A DNA stretch of 63,365 nt, the filler included, from Octopus bimaculoides (Eukaryota), in NCBI RefSeq assembly GCF_001194135.2. It is 4 parts of 4 records of this genome, joined end to end, with 100 filler letters (N's around TTAATTAATTAA, not from the genome) between each part and the next. Parts side by side here need not be neighbours in the genome. Positions count along the whole stretch, not along the records: positions 45,157 to 62,240 come from NC_068996.1; positions 62,341 to 63,365 come from NW_026398190.1; 2 more parts are not named here. One strand, given 5' to 3'. Shown in pieces: positions 50,266 through 63,365 of this stretch; position 1 is the stretch's first letter, and every line of letters begins with the position of its first letter. The notes beneath the pieces are model-generated. The model saw nothing but the letters and a program-made list of their open reading frames with translations, made no database searches and had not been told where the DNA came from. The position numbers were made by a program, and so were the translations under genes.

Positions 50266-51604
50266 ATCTCTCTCCCAACCCATCAACACAGCAACATCGC
50301 CGACGCCGCAACCAGCAGCATTGCAAACCCCAACACTATTCCACCCCCAGTACGTTTCCCTTTATATATGTCTATTTCCGAATCATTGTTACATGAATGA
50401 AGATTATGGTAGTGCTGGTGGAGTTGGTGGTAGTGGTGGTCATGATGATGATGATGATGAAAAGAGAAAAATTGCTTGTTTTTATTGGAGTGGTGTTGAT
50501 GTTTGTTTGTTGTGCCGGTGAAAATGTCGGTAATAATGTGTGTGGGTGAGACTTGTGTGTGTGTGTGTCTGAGTGTGTGTGTGTTTGTGTCCGTGTGTGT
50601 GTGTATGTGTATGTGTGCGTGCGTGAGAGAAAGAGAAAACGAGAGACGGAGGGAGAGGGACTGAGAGACAGTTTGTATAATGTCAATGTTCTTGATGAGT
50701 ATTTCCAATGTAGAGTTGAAGAATGTGGGTTCAGTTCTCGTTAAATACAAATAACTAACAATTGAGTTCAGTACCACACCTCCGCTCATCTACACTTCAT
50801 CCTCCACTTCTCTTTTCTTTCTTACAATGTATATTCAACCTCGTGCCCATCTGTGATAAAACTGAAGTGTTTTTAGAACGTCCCGCTGGGCCAATGGTTC
50901 AGACCTTTATTTTGTCTTTATCTCTTCACATTTCTTCTTTCCGGGATTAACACTCTAAGACTGTATCGATTAGTTATGTCTCACAAGTGGAATTCAATAA
51001 CAATTATAAAGCCCTGGTTATACACTGAGGAGAAAAATGAAACAAAAAATGAAAAAAATGAACTAGATATAGAATAAAATATAAGACACATAAAAATATT
51101 TAATGTGCATGCTTGTGTATACATGTCTTAAGTGAGTATACATGTGTGCGTTTATGCATGCATGAGAGTGTGGTGGAAGGCGGGCAAGAAGAAAAAAAAT
51201 GCTTTAAAATCCGTTTGGCAGTAGAGTTATTGAGGTGTTTATTAAAAATGTAAAATAAATATGTGTAACAGTGAATGAAGTTTAAGAAATGGATGCATAC
51301 TTAGAGTTACCCAACACAATGTCAGATTACTGAAATAAATTAAAAACAACAACAACAACGTAACAAACAAAAAAAAAAGAAAACAAAAGAATAAATGCTT
51401 GTCAGTTTCCTGAAGTTGTGCGAATTCTTTTCAAAGAGAAACGGTGATTCTATGAATTCATTCTCATTTAGTTCAAAGATCTTAAATGGTTAAGACGATT
51501 TGGTTGTGTTAAACACAAAGCAGATGTTTACATTTCGAAATTGTTCGTTCCATTGGTTTTCTCTCCCTCCCTCGCACATTTCCCTCTTTCACACACTCTC
51601 TTCT

Positions 51605-51653
<49 letters not shown>

Positions 51654-52147
51654 ACTCTATTTATATATATATATATACATCATACATACATGTTTATGTA
51701 TATGTTTATGTATAGATATGTGTATGTGTATGTGTCTGTCTGTCTGTCTGTCCGTGTGTGTGCGTGTGTATGTGTGTGTATGTGTGTGTGTGTGTCTGCG
51801 TGCATATATTTGTATTTATATACTGCTTTATATTATTACTTCTGTAACTTTTATCTATTTATTTCATATACATACATGCATATATACACGTACACGCACA
51901 CACGCACACACGCAGATAAATAGATAAATAGACTATATATATANNNNNNNNNNNNNNNNNNNNNNNNNNNNNNNNNNNNNNNNNNNNNNNNNNNNNNNNN
52001 NNNNNNNNNNNNNNNNNNNNNNNNNNNNNNNNNNNNNNNNNNNNNNNNNNNNNNNNNNNNNNNNNNNNNNNNNNNNNNNNNNNNNNNNNNNNNNNNNNNN
52101 NNNNNNNNNNNNNNNNNNNNNNNNNNNNNNNNNNNNNNNNNNNNNNN

Positions 52148-52180
<33 letters not shown>

Positions 52181-52186
52181 TACGTG

Positions 52187-52228
<42 letters not shown>

Positions 52229-52453
52229 CATATATATACATATATACATATAAACATAATTTTGTAAAACAAAGGACCACCCCAATTGTCTATTTTAAAT
52301 TTCACTGGTTTTGAATTCGCTGCTGAAAGATTACAAAGACGTTTGCACCGCAAAATTATCAAAGAATAGTAAGAAATATAAGCAAATATAAGCTTAAAAT
52401 ATTCTTGTGATTTCATAATCTATCTGTTCACTCATCTTGCCATCTTTCTCTCA

Positions 52454-52515
<62 letters not shown>

Positions 52516-55257
52516 GACCACACTCCACAGCCCGTGGGCACTCCAGCACATGTTCGGCGGACATTTCGACATTTATTTTTCTCCGTGGCTGCTGAGAATG
52601 GGCAGAGGTGGCACCGCGGTGCTTCTTCGGAAGAGTTTAGACCCCAAAGTAAGAGCAATTCTCCTAGACCCGGAGGGTAGGCTGGCCGTTTTGGATGTCG
52701 ATGGCAGCAATGAGTGTGCTTTTCGACTGATAGCAGTTTATGCACCGTCCTTAATAGGCCGGCCAGATTTCTTTCGACACCTAGAGGTTGTTCTGGGAAC
52801 GTCTCTACCTTTACTTTTAGTAGGGGATTGGAACGCTACCTGGACAGATATCTAGACTACGTGGGCAGAGATAGTAATAAGAGGGGATGCAAATGCCTCA
52901 AAGACCTGCTCAGACGTTTCCAACTGTCTGACAGGTACCGACAGAACCACCCGAATTTTTCAATGTGGACATGGAGCAACCGCATGGGTCGTCCAGATCG
53001 TACTTAGATAGAGTTTTCTGTAGGACAGTAGATAAGGATAGTGTAGGTTGTTCACAATTCCATATAGTCAGTTACACAGACCACAAATTTGTGACTTGTA
53101 CATTTGACTTAGATAAAGCACATAGGCAGGTTACTGAAAGCAGAACGCGTCGTTCACGGCACGCCAGGCTTACAGGGACCGGATTAGCACATTAGTTAAG
53201 GGAGCATTGACGGATGCCATCATCAACAACATATGGCAGTATGCCCTAAAGAAGGCAATTAAAGCAGAATCGGTTAGGCACAAGCGTGCGCCGTGCTGTG
53301 TACGATTATCCATGACAACCTACATCTGATGCGCTACATCATAAACAGGGTAGTTAAGGATCCTGACACGGGTGGGGCGCTGACAAAAGCTTTTGATAGG
53401 GTAGACAATCACTAATTGGAAGCTGTCCTTAAAGCGGCTGGTTTTGGTCTCATCTTCCGTGGTTGGATCGCTGCCTTATACAGCGGTATCCGCTCGGTAG
53501 TTCACGTAAATGGTCATCTGTCCAGACCATTTAACATCATGCGTTCGGTTCGTCAAGGATGCCCCCTCTGGTCGCTTCTGTATGTATTGACTCTTGAGCC
53601 ACTACTGCAGAAGCTGGCGATGCTGAGGGGCATCCCACAAGAGCTGGGATGCGGGAGGAGTGTGTCTGCGTACGCAGACGACGTCACCGTCATAGTGTCG
53701 AGCCACAAGCATATATACCTAGTCGGCGAGATACTAAAAGAATACGAAGCGGTAACAAGAGCAAAAATTAACCGGGAAAAGTCAGTGGGCTTGCGGCTCG
53801 GCACCTGCAGAAGCAAGCCCATGCCGTCCAACAGTGTCTCCATAGTGGTTAAATCTCCATCGACGAACTGGTTAAATTGCTCGGAGTCTGGTTCGATCCG
53901 GACCTCTAAATGGAGAACTGGGGCGAAATAACGGCTAGGGTGGGCACTCTCACCCAGCAATGGGCCGAGAAAAAGCTATCTTTAAAAGGTCGGGTGGAGC
54001 TGGTGAACGTGTACATCGCATCCGTCATCCAGTACCATCTGACCGTCGTGCCTTGTCCCAACCCTACCATCGCCAAACTGGAACGCATACCCTTCCGCTT
54101 CTTGTGGAAGGGAAGCGTTCCGATAACACCCGCTAAATGGAGGACTAGGCATTTCATAGTTGATGATGCGCAGACGCGCTGAGACTGCGATATCTCCGAC
54201 GCTTCATAGACGACGGTGAAAGGTGTGGTCGCCGTTTGTGCTGCGCGCTTTCCCGCAGCTCGTCTCCTTAGCCGAACTGCAGTCGTGAACGAAACAGAGA
54301 CCGAAGCTAGGCGAATGGCACGGCGAGTGTCGCCTTCCTTTCAAGCAACTTTGCTGTCCGGGACCAAACTTGTGCGACTTCATTACAACAAAGGCGTTCT
54401 ATAGAGGATTACTGGAGGGGAGGTACGACGACGTTCTCGGGTAGAATCTGGGCGTCGACGAGGAACACCTGACAAGCCTGTTCAGGACAACTTTCGGCAA
54501 TGCTATCGAGAAGCTGTTCGGGAAAAGCTCTACAGGCATGGTTCAAGACAGACCGGACTGAATTGCCCGAGATGTGGTCAGAACGACGAAACCGTTCTTC
54601 ACGCACTCGTGCACTGTCCAACCATTTTGGACGTGTGGGCTTATGCCGAACGGCTGCTGTCACGTGTGGGACGAGTCCACCTGTTGGCCGAGTCTATCGT
54701 GAAAATTGCTCCGCCGCCTTCCCTCAACCGAGAAGGCAAGGCAGTCTTCATCGTATTGGTGGCCATGGTGAAAAAATGTGTGTGGTGGATTCGAGCGAAA
54801 GGATTAGAGACAAACACTTACCTTTCTGACCAATTGCTCGTCAACTTTTTCAAGTACCACTTGAAAAGGAAGGTGAGAATGGAGAGGCAGGTTGTGTCTC
54901 GTGAAAGTTTCATTAAAAGGTGGGTGAATGTAGCAAAGATGGTACATGCGAATGACGAAACCACTTTGAGCATCATCCTGTAAATCGGAAAAAGAGAGAG
55001 AGCACTTTGCCCTATGTGTCTATTCCCTCCCTGTCTGAGGTTACCGTGGTATTTTCCGTAGGCTTTTCTTTCCACGGATAAACCTAATCTTGCTAATTTA
55101 AAAAAAAAGTTTCTTCTGGGATACACGATCCCTTTTGATCGGAATTTTACTTCTTCTTTTCTCTTTTTTTCCCTTCTTTTTCGTTTTCGAATAGAAAAAC
55201 TCTACATTTGTATTTGTCCTCTCTGTGTTCAGCCCTGTGTGGCCAATAAAAAAAAGT
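52516..55257 (+). mobile_element. 5'-truncated, internally deleted Tx1/L1-clade non-LTR retrotransposon (ORF2 relic plus 3' UTR)
   Basis: APE endonuclease (GGTAVL, RLIAVYAP, LLVGDWNA, SYLDRVF, YTDHK), RT (KAFDRVD, SVRQGCPL, AYADDVT, AKINREKS), CPRCGQNDETVLHALVHC zinc knuckle at 54564-54617, AATAAA plus short A-run; starts right after (TATC)n and is followed by TATCTATC. Confidence 0.93.
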
Positions 55258-55469
55258 TATCTATCTATATCTCTCTCCCTCTCTCTTTATCTTTCCGTCT
55301 GTCCACATATTTGTCCGTCTGAGTCTTATTCTGTCTGTTTAACTATCAGCCAGTCTGATTGTCTGTTTGTTTGTCTATCTAACTGACTATTTACAAACTA
55401 CCTACGTTATCGTTGTATTACTGAAATACTGAGAATCTTGCCTCTCATAATATAGAAACATTTCCCATG

Positions 55470-55775
55470 GTCCCAGCAGACAAAATAGAAAAGGTGTTGC
55501 CTCGGAGGAGAGCGAGGGAGATGCGTTGAAACAGCCTCTCTCACTCATGGAGTTCGTACATGCCTGTAGCAGTCTCTACACCGATTGCGGTGAGCAAGAA
55601 TATGGTCCAGGGATCAAAGACGCCGACGGACTCAATTGCCACAGGCTTGACCGTAAATCTGTCGGAGGCCGACCGATACCTCGAGAGTTTGTTTTTCTCC
55701 ACCTGGCAAGCAGCGGAGGCTAGGCTGGTAGCTGACAACACCAAGCTGCCACTGGAGAAGGTGTCGTATTTGCGT
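55470..55775 (-). mobile_element. C-terminal restriction-like endonuclease region of a CRE-type non-LTR retrotransposon, relic
   Basis: DTFSSGSLVLSAT...SAACQVEKNKLSRY...FTVKPVAIESVGVF...RLFQRISLALLRGNTFSIL resembles the CRE C-terminal PVAxETxG / QRISxAxxRGN motifs. Confidence 0.65.
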
Positions 55776-57351
55776 AATACAGTGATAAAATGGCTATATA
55801 ATAACTGTCTCTAGTAAAACTATTTACTTTCGTGAATCGATTGTACATGAAGTCTACCTGCTTTTTGATATCTCTTGCATCTCATGAGCAACATCCGGGC
55901 ATTCCGGCACTGCTAAGTGGGTATCAGACACAGACTTCATATCATATACACTCAACCAAAAGACAACCGCATATTTCCCAGTCGGTTCATTCACAGCTAC
56001 CCAAAAGCTGTTGAAGCAAAGAACATGGCCAACAGGTTTTTGAGAAAAAAAAATCATTCATATCTCTAAACAATGCAGATTTTGTTCACTGCTCCTGAAA
56101 AACGATTACCCAACACCAGAATATAGATCCACGCATTACAAGGACCGTATGCATTCATGTCTCAAAATCGCAACAAACCCTTTTGATTCTCATCAAAATG
56201 GTCTCTAACAACTATGTTGGATCGTTTGTTCTTTCAATTTCTCACCTTCTCAGCTTGTAGACTGCAACCAAATATCCACCCGCAGAAAGATTTCATCTCT
56301 GTCGATCACTTTGCTTCCAATATCACACTGCACAAGCTAGATGAAATGTCTGAAAAATGCAACTCTCTCCATCATACCGAGCTCCCTAACACAGACTCAA
56401 ACTCATTAGTTGCAGACTATGTATTTATTCGAACTCCGTGTGCCGCAGATGTAGCTTCTGTACTCACCAAACACGTCAATCATACTTTCTCTTTCTTTCT
56501 CTCTCTCTTTGAAAACGCACAACTATATTAACTACTACCAATGATTTGCCTTTATTATAGTCATTCACAACCACAACCTTCATCTCTTTGGAGCTTTCTC
56601 ATTTTATAGTTTTTATCATTTATTATATTTATAGTTTTTATTATATATTCAGTTTTAAAGTCAGAGACATGCTTTCTTGTATCGCACACTAGGGGGTTTC
56701 GGAAGATAAGGAAATTTTCGTAAAACTAATTTTGTTGCATTTGACACGAGCTTCTCTGACATACCAAACTTCTTGTCAGTTTATTAACAGAGGCTCTACA
56801 TATCTGTCTGTCATCTCTTCCGTCGAGGTCTTTCTGCCAAATGGCACCGATGGCAGTGTGTGACGGCAGGACTCTGATGGATTCACACTTTATCAATACT
56901 GAGGTTCCAAGGCTGGGTTTTGGCTTCTACGTTCATTATTCAAAATACAGTAAATATCTACGCGATGACGATTCAAACAGCACTCGCACTTCAACAAACG
57001 AAAGCATGTCAGTCATCCCTGACAATTTGCGTCTATGTCCTAGACACCTCACACCAGATCATATGCACTTTATTGACAGATTTATCGAGAACATCCTCCT
57101 TTGGCGCCATAACAATAATGCATCTTTCATAAGCAGAAAAACAAAATCACTGTAACATATGCAATAAATACGAGGCACAGAGATTTTATAGTCCTTACTA
57201 TTAAATGAAAAAATTAAGAATGACTTAATGACTCTTTATGACTCTTTATATACATGTATGTATATGTGTGTCCTTATATATAAGTATATGTACATATGTA
57301 TCCATATATGAATATACATGTCTTATGAAGTAACACACACACGTTTATGTA

Positions 57352-57420
<69 letters not shown>

Positions 57421-58139
57421 GTATATATATATATATATATATATANNNNNNNNNNNNNNNNNNNNNNNNNNNNNNNNNNNNNNNNNNNNNNNNNNNNNNN
57501 NNNNNNNNNNNNNNNNNNNNNNNNNNNNNNNNNNNNNNNNNNNNNNNNNNNNNNNNNNNNNNNNNNNNNNNNNNNNNNNNNNNNNNNNNNNNNNNNNNNN
57601 NNNNNNNNNNNNNNNNNNNNNNNNNNNNNNNNNNNNNNNNNNNNNNNNNNNNNNNNNNNNNNNNNNNNNNNNNNNNNNNNNNNNNNNNNNNNNNNNNNNN
57701 NNNNNNNNNNNNNNNNNNNNNNNNNNNNNNNNNNNNNNNNNNNNNNNNNNNNNNNNNNNNNNNNNNNNNNNNNNNNNNNNNNNNNNNNNNNNNNNNNNNN
57801 NNNNNNNNNNNNNNNNNNNNNNNNNNNNNNNNNNNNNNNNNNNNNNNNNNNNNNNNNNNNNNNNNNNNNNNNNNNNNNNNNNNNNNNNNNNNNNNNNNNN
57901 NNNNNNNNNNNNNNNNNNNNNNNNNNNNNNNNNNNNNNNNNNNNNNNNNNNNNNNNNNNNNNNNNNNNNNNNNNNNNNNNNNNNNNNNNNNNNNNNNNNN
58001 NNNNNNNNNNNNNNNNNNNNNNNNNNNNNNNNNNNNNNNNNNNNNNNNNNNNNNNNNNNNNNNNNNNNNNNNNNNNNNNNNNNNNNNNNNNNNNNNNNNN
58101 NNNNNNNNNNNNNNNNATATGCATACATACACATACGTA

Positions 58140-58245
58140 GTGAAGGCGCATGAGTCAGTGGTTTGAGCGTCGGACTCACAATTATGAGATAGTGAGACCA
58201 GGCTGTGTGTTGTGTTCTTGAGCAAGATACTTGATTTCATGTTGA
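58140..58245 (+). mobile_element. SINE family D head, truncated
   Basis: GAAGGCGCATGAGTCAGTGGTTTGAGCG...TGTTCTTGAGCAAGATAC. Confidence 0.75.
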
Positions 58246-58882
58246 TCATTGGTATTAAAAGTTAAAGTTCATAGTTTAATAGTAGTTCAAGAACATTTAC
58301 AGCTGTTCCAGTTTGTTAATTCAAAGTAAGTTTGCAGAATGATTTAGAGGAGATAAGTAGGAGAAAAAGAGAAAAAAGGAATATGTATATATATATATAT
58401 ATATATAAAGAGAGCAAAGGCGCAAATCAGTGTTTAGGTATGAGCAGAATTTAGGTTAGTTGAAATGTGTTTGTCACATTTAATTAATTTGATTGGGCGA
58501 ATTGCTAGCGCAATTCAGTCAACACGTTCACTGAATTATATATATAAAGCTATATATAAAGAGAGCAAATGCGCAAATCAGTGTTTAGGTATGAGCAGAA
58601 TTTAGGTTAGTTGAAATGTGTTTGTCACACGTTCACTGAATTATATATATAAAGCTATAGCTTTATTAAGTTCGTTCGGTTTTGTCTCTCTTAGGTTCAT
58701 CTCATTGACAAGAGTCAAAAACCCGAAACATCGATGTCTGAGATGGCGACTCTGAACGAATTGGGTACTTTCAAACCTTTTTACCATAAGAGATTTTTGT
58801 CCACGGTAACTGCAGTGCATTTGTATTTAGCAGTTGAAATACGTGGCAAACATATCTCAGCTAACCTACATATATAAATATA

Positions 58883-60073
58883 TAAAGTTGTTCCTAAAAT
58901 AATGGCCGATTTCAGAAATATAATTTTATTCTAGAAAAATTAACTATAGAAATGTTTTCATTAGTAAAATTATGAGCCGTGAACATCTATGCATCTCTGC
59001 CATCGATCAACGAGATTATTTGTGCCGCGTTGATAAAAATCTATTGTCTTTTATGCTTAGATTGCATCTCTGGTTTGGACATGAAAGTTTTATCACTTAA
59101 ACCATGTTTAAATGCTTAAAAAATGGTAGTCATTGCGGGAAAGATCAGGAGAATATGGAAGATGTGGTAAAGTCTCGTATCTCAAGTCTGTGAGTTACTG
59201 CAGCGCCATTCTTGCAACATGTGGCTTTGCATTATGATGGAGCAGAATTGGGACGCACCGATTCCTCAATGTAGGTTTCATTTTTTTAAAGGGAGTATGC
59301 ATTTCAGCGAGTTGATTGCAGTAACCCTCTGCTGTAATGCTCTGATTGGCTTCCAAAAAACTGTAATGGACAACACCAATTGTAGACCACCAGACAGTCA
59401 CCATAATCTTTTGGTGATGCACCTTTGGCTTTGGGAAATGTTTGAGGGACGCATCACGATTTAGCCATTGATCTGATCTTTTATGGTTATGATAAAAGAT
59501 CCACTTTTCGTCACAAGTGACAATTTGCTCAAGAAAAATTCATTGGTGTTTCGCAGAAAGAGCATCGAGCACACTTCAAAACACCGAACATTTTGATTTT
59601 CATTGAGCTCATGCAGTACCCATTTATCGAGCTTTTTCACCTTACCAATCTTCTGCAGATTGCGTGAGACCGTTACAATACCGACACCAAGTGCCTGAGA
59701 TATTTCCCCGACACTTTGACGTGGGTTTTGTTCAACAATTGCTTCCAATTGTTCATTGTCAAGACTGTATGACCGTCCTCTAGCTTCTTCATCTTCAAGG
59801 CTCTCGTCACCTCTACGGAATTTCTGAAACCACCTTCGTACTGTGCGATCACTTGTGTACTCCTCTCCCCATGCCTGTTGACATTGACAACAGTCTGGGA
59901 GGCGTTGTGCCCAAGCTTGAACTCATGCAAGAAAAGTAAGCGAAGGTCCTTTTTTGTCATGTTCATATTTAAAGGCGCCTATGCTTTAAGAATGTTTTCT
60001 GTCTGAAATAAGCAGAAAATTATTAAAGAGGAAACATCAACTTAGAGCGGCCGTTATTTTCGGAACAACCTAA
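58883..60073 (-). mobile_element. Full-length degenerate mariner (cecropia/Hsmar1-related) with both TIRs
   Basis: TA|TAAAGTTGTTCCTAAAATAATGGCCG and CGGCCGTTATTTTCGGAACAACCTAA|TA; frameshifted transposase LRLLFLHEFKLG, KIGKVKKLDKWV.HEL, HQKIMVTVWW, PILLHHNAKPH. Confidence 0.92.
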
Positions 60074-60221
60074 TACATACATACATACATACATACATAC
60101 ATACATACATACATACATACATGCATGCATGCATACATACATACATACATACATGCATACATACATACATGCATACATGCATACATACATACATACATAC
60201 ATGCATACATACATACATGCA

Positions 60222-60252
<31 letters not shown>
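60074..60252. repeat. (TACA/TGCA)n microsatellite growing from the mariner TA TSD
   Basis: Direct sequence. Confidence 0.9.
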
Positions 60253-62340
60253 GGTATGTATGTATGCATCTATATCAGACAACGTTTTGATGTTTTAAAG
60301 TGCAACTTATTTAGAATAAATGCAGAGCAGTACCAATTTCACATGTAGTTTATACATTATTAGGCTCAACTGTTGTTCAAACAACATTATATATATGTCT
60401 ACATAATTGTGTCTCATTGTCAATTATTGCAAATTGAATTTATTTAAATGAATTAAAATCTGTTTTGTCGCAAATCATTATGAATATTATGTGTTATGAT
60501 TTATGCCAAGTGAGAACAACTGCATATGACAACTGAATATAGCGCAAGAATTTCGCCATTATTGACATGCCATTAAAGAAAAACACACTGAGTTTTCATC
60601 GAGAAGATGAAAGCTGTGAACACGTGGTTTTCTTCAATTGGCCTTATTTGCATATTAGTTGTCATGGTTTATCTTCAGCAAGACAAAAAACCCCAAAAAG
60701 CTAAAACAATTCGTAGTTTTTACTTCACTTTAACTTCTGGATTCAAATGCAGCTTGCTTTTCTTTTCATCCTTAAAATAAATGCTATTCATATAATGGGA
60801 CTGAAATAATCAACTGTGCCCTCAAAATTTCTGGCTGTGTTTAAGTAAATCGCTATGTGAATCAATATTTGTCTAAGAACGACATTTGTTTCTAAAATAT
60901 GAGCTCTAGGGAAAGATATCAACGTACAAAGAAGTTTTTTCTGCGCTTTTACTTATTTACTGATTTATTTTTTCTCAGTGTATATTTGATAGAACAGGAA
61001 CCTTTGTAGCAGCTGTAGAGTAGATTAAAAGAATTGAAATAACACACAGTAGGCCTGACTTTGCAGAGTGTCAGTGAATCAGTGTCTACAATATGAATTT
61101 GTATTTACTGAGATGTGCAATGATCATGTAAGCACAACAACAACATCCTTTTAGCTATGAAACTTGCATATCGTTTCAGCTCCCTTATTTTTAATATTAT
61201 TTATCTGAAATCACTAGGATAGACGTAGCGTTTCTAGCTACTTAACTGCTTGTAACACAAAATTAAAGATGGGCAATTATATCTATGCTTTATTAATGAA
61301 AGAAAAGATTGTGTCTTGCTTCTTATATTCAGGTACTATTAATCCTTGATAACCTTTTAACCTAATTGGTACTGAATTTCTAATTTCTTTTGTTTTATTA
61401 ATTTTCATTATTTCAACAGCTTACCAGTGAAGGAACTTTTTATTTGTTGCTCTTGATAAAAAGAGTAACCAAATATTTTCCCAGTTTTTCTTCGCTGACT
61501 TCAAAGAAATGAAATCTGGCAACGCAATGAATAAGGTAGCTTGCATACAGTATCTCTGATTAAAGACAGTTTTGTCATGGCTACAAGAATTTTTAATAGG
61601 TTGGCTCGATCAGGGCTGGTCTAGTACTAATCAATAAAAACATTATGGTCGAAGCAATTCTATGCATTCAGCTGTTTTATATTGTCTTGTATGTTAGGTC
61701 GTGTTTTATATTTTAAATAGTTTTTGCTATATTTGACTGAATTTGTTGCTAGATTAATGTTTACGAGAAATAAATCAATAACGTTCCTTTATGTTATTTT
61801 CCTTAACAATAGGGCAGAGAATTAGATGAATTGGTTAATCAGTGGTTATAATATCTTGCGGTACTTTACGTTCTGAGCTCAGACACTGAGGGCTAGCCTT
61901 CCAGGATAGATATTATATGTACAAGTCAAGACTGGTTAATCTAGCCGTCTGCTCCAGTCCTCTACCCACACAGTATTTTCATTGTGAGGCCTGTATTGTA
62001 ATAAATAGATGTTGTTTGCTAATAATTCCTAAAATATTTTTAAAATCTATAATATTCCGCTCATCAATTGCTTCTAAATGACTGTATTTTATTTCCTGTC
62101 CAGTTAAATAGCTAAGCTCTTTGTTCTCGTTCTTACCATATATGCTTTACAGCAGTACTTAAATTTTCTATCTATACCAAGATAAGTGAATATGTGCCTT
62201 TTGAGTGTGTGTATATGTGTGTGTGTGTAGGGGGGGGGGGNNNNNNNNNNNNNNNNNNNNNNNNNNNNNNNNNNNNNNNNNNNNTTAATTAATTAANNNN
62301 NNNNNNNNNNNNNNNNNNNNNNNNNNNNNNNNNNNNNNNN

Positions 62341-62440
62341 TCCTGTCTTGAATTCCTGTGTTATTGCCTGGAGGACTGATAAATAGGAGGGGGATGAGGA
62401 CTGAACCTTGGTGAACCCCTACCTCTACCTGGTCATTCTT
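62341..62440 (-). mobile_element. RTE-clade LINE RT fragment
   Basis: QVEVGVHQGSVLIPLLFI then frameshift to VLQAITQEFKTG. Confidence 0.7.
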
Positions 62441-63104
62441 TTATAAGTATTCCTGTGTTAATGTGAAAGCAACAAAACACTTAGAAACAAGATATAAGAA
62501 AGCAAGGGAAAAAAAGAAAAAGACTTAGACAGTAATATATCAAACAGTGTCTTTATTTTTACCAGATTTTTATCAATGATTTTAACCATTTCAGGGAGAG
62601 TATTTTTTTCATATTTTATTTTGGCTGCGATAAAGTGAGTAACAAAATTAAAAGACAAAAATAAAAGGAATGAGTTATCAAATCTATTTGTGGAAAGAGT
62701 AACAAGTTTTCACAGATTGAGGGTCATGGTGAGATGGGAAGTTGATATTTCTTTTCATTTACAATAAATAATAATTTCTAATATAGATGCAGGATCTTAA
62801 ATTTACAGGAGAGATATAATCAGTTACTTGATGAGAACTTCATTTTCCATCCCCAACAGGATGGAAAGTAAAGCTAACCCAAGTGTAATTTGAACTTGGA
62901 TTTACAAATTTTGAAGAGAAAATAAACAGTCACCTCAATCCCAGTATGTATATCTTATCAGTCCCCCCACCCACCAACAGAAGGAAAGAAGGTAAAGCGA
63001 ACCATTGCTGGATATGAACTCAAACTGTCAAGAGACATGATTTAGATACTGCAAGGTATTTTAGCCATCACCCTTTATAATAATAAAAATAATAATAATA
63101 ATGG

Positions 63105-63280
63105 TTTCAAATTTTGGCACAAAGCCACCAATTTTAAGTGGGAGGGTATATTAAAGCAATTACTTTGACCCCAGTAAGGATGAAAGGCAAAGTCGACCAC
63201 AGCGGCATTTGAACTCAGAACGTAAAGACAGACAAAATGCTGCTAAGCACAGTAACGAGTTTGCCAGCATGTCACCTTAA
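63105..63280 (-). mobile_element. SINE family B, diverged
   Basis: TTTCAAATTTTGGCACAAAGCC...AAAGGCAAAGTCGACC..GGCATTTGAACTCAGAACG. Confidence 0.8.
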
Positions 63281-63365
63281 TAATAATAATAATAGTAATT
63301 ATAAGATAATAATGGGTGCAGTCTTGAAATCTCTTCCCCCCGCCAGAAAAAAAAAAATTTAATTT

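Overview
AT-rich, repeat-saturated eukaryotic DNA from a gappy short-read scaffold. The SINE families, microsatellite load and TE mix are what I recognise from coleoid cephalopod (Octopus-like) genomes; that species call is inference. No intact, recognisable host gene is present, and nearly all long ORFs in the track are microsatellite or N-gap artefacts. The window holds dozens of tRNA-derived SINEs from at least 5 families, five mariner transposons or fragments (one very close to Hsmar1 with both TIRs), Tx1/L1-clade LINE relics, Penelope, CRE and RTE RT fragments, piggyBac/hAT MITEs, a probable Helitron and a 5S rRNA-derived copy. Weak candidate host exons lie at 25.5-29.6 kb. Most interesting: (1) a tRNA-Ile-headed SINE whose 3' part carries a minimal type I hammerhead ribozyme of the Penelope type, in an alternating-orientation cluster at 21.8-23.0 kb; (2) a Tx1-like LINE whose 3' end abuts (TATC)n microsatellites at two independent loci, suggesting GATA-repeat targeting; (3) a 5S-rRNA head fused to the common SINE tail; (4) a 409-bp near-perfect palindrome and other fold-back inversions resembling Penelope-type integration.
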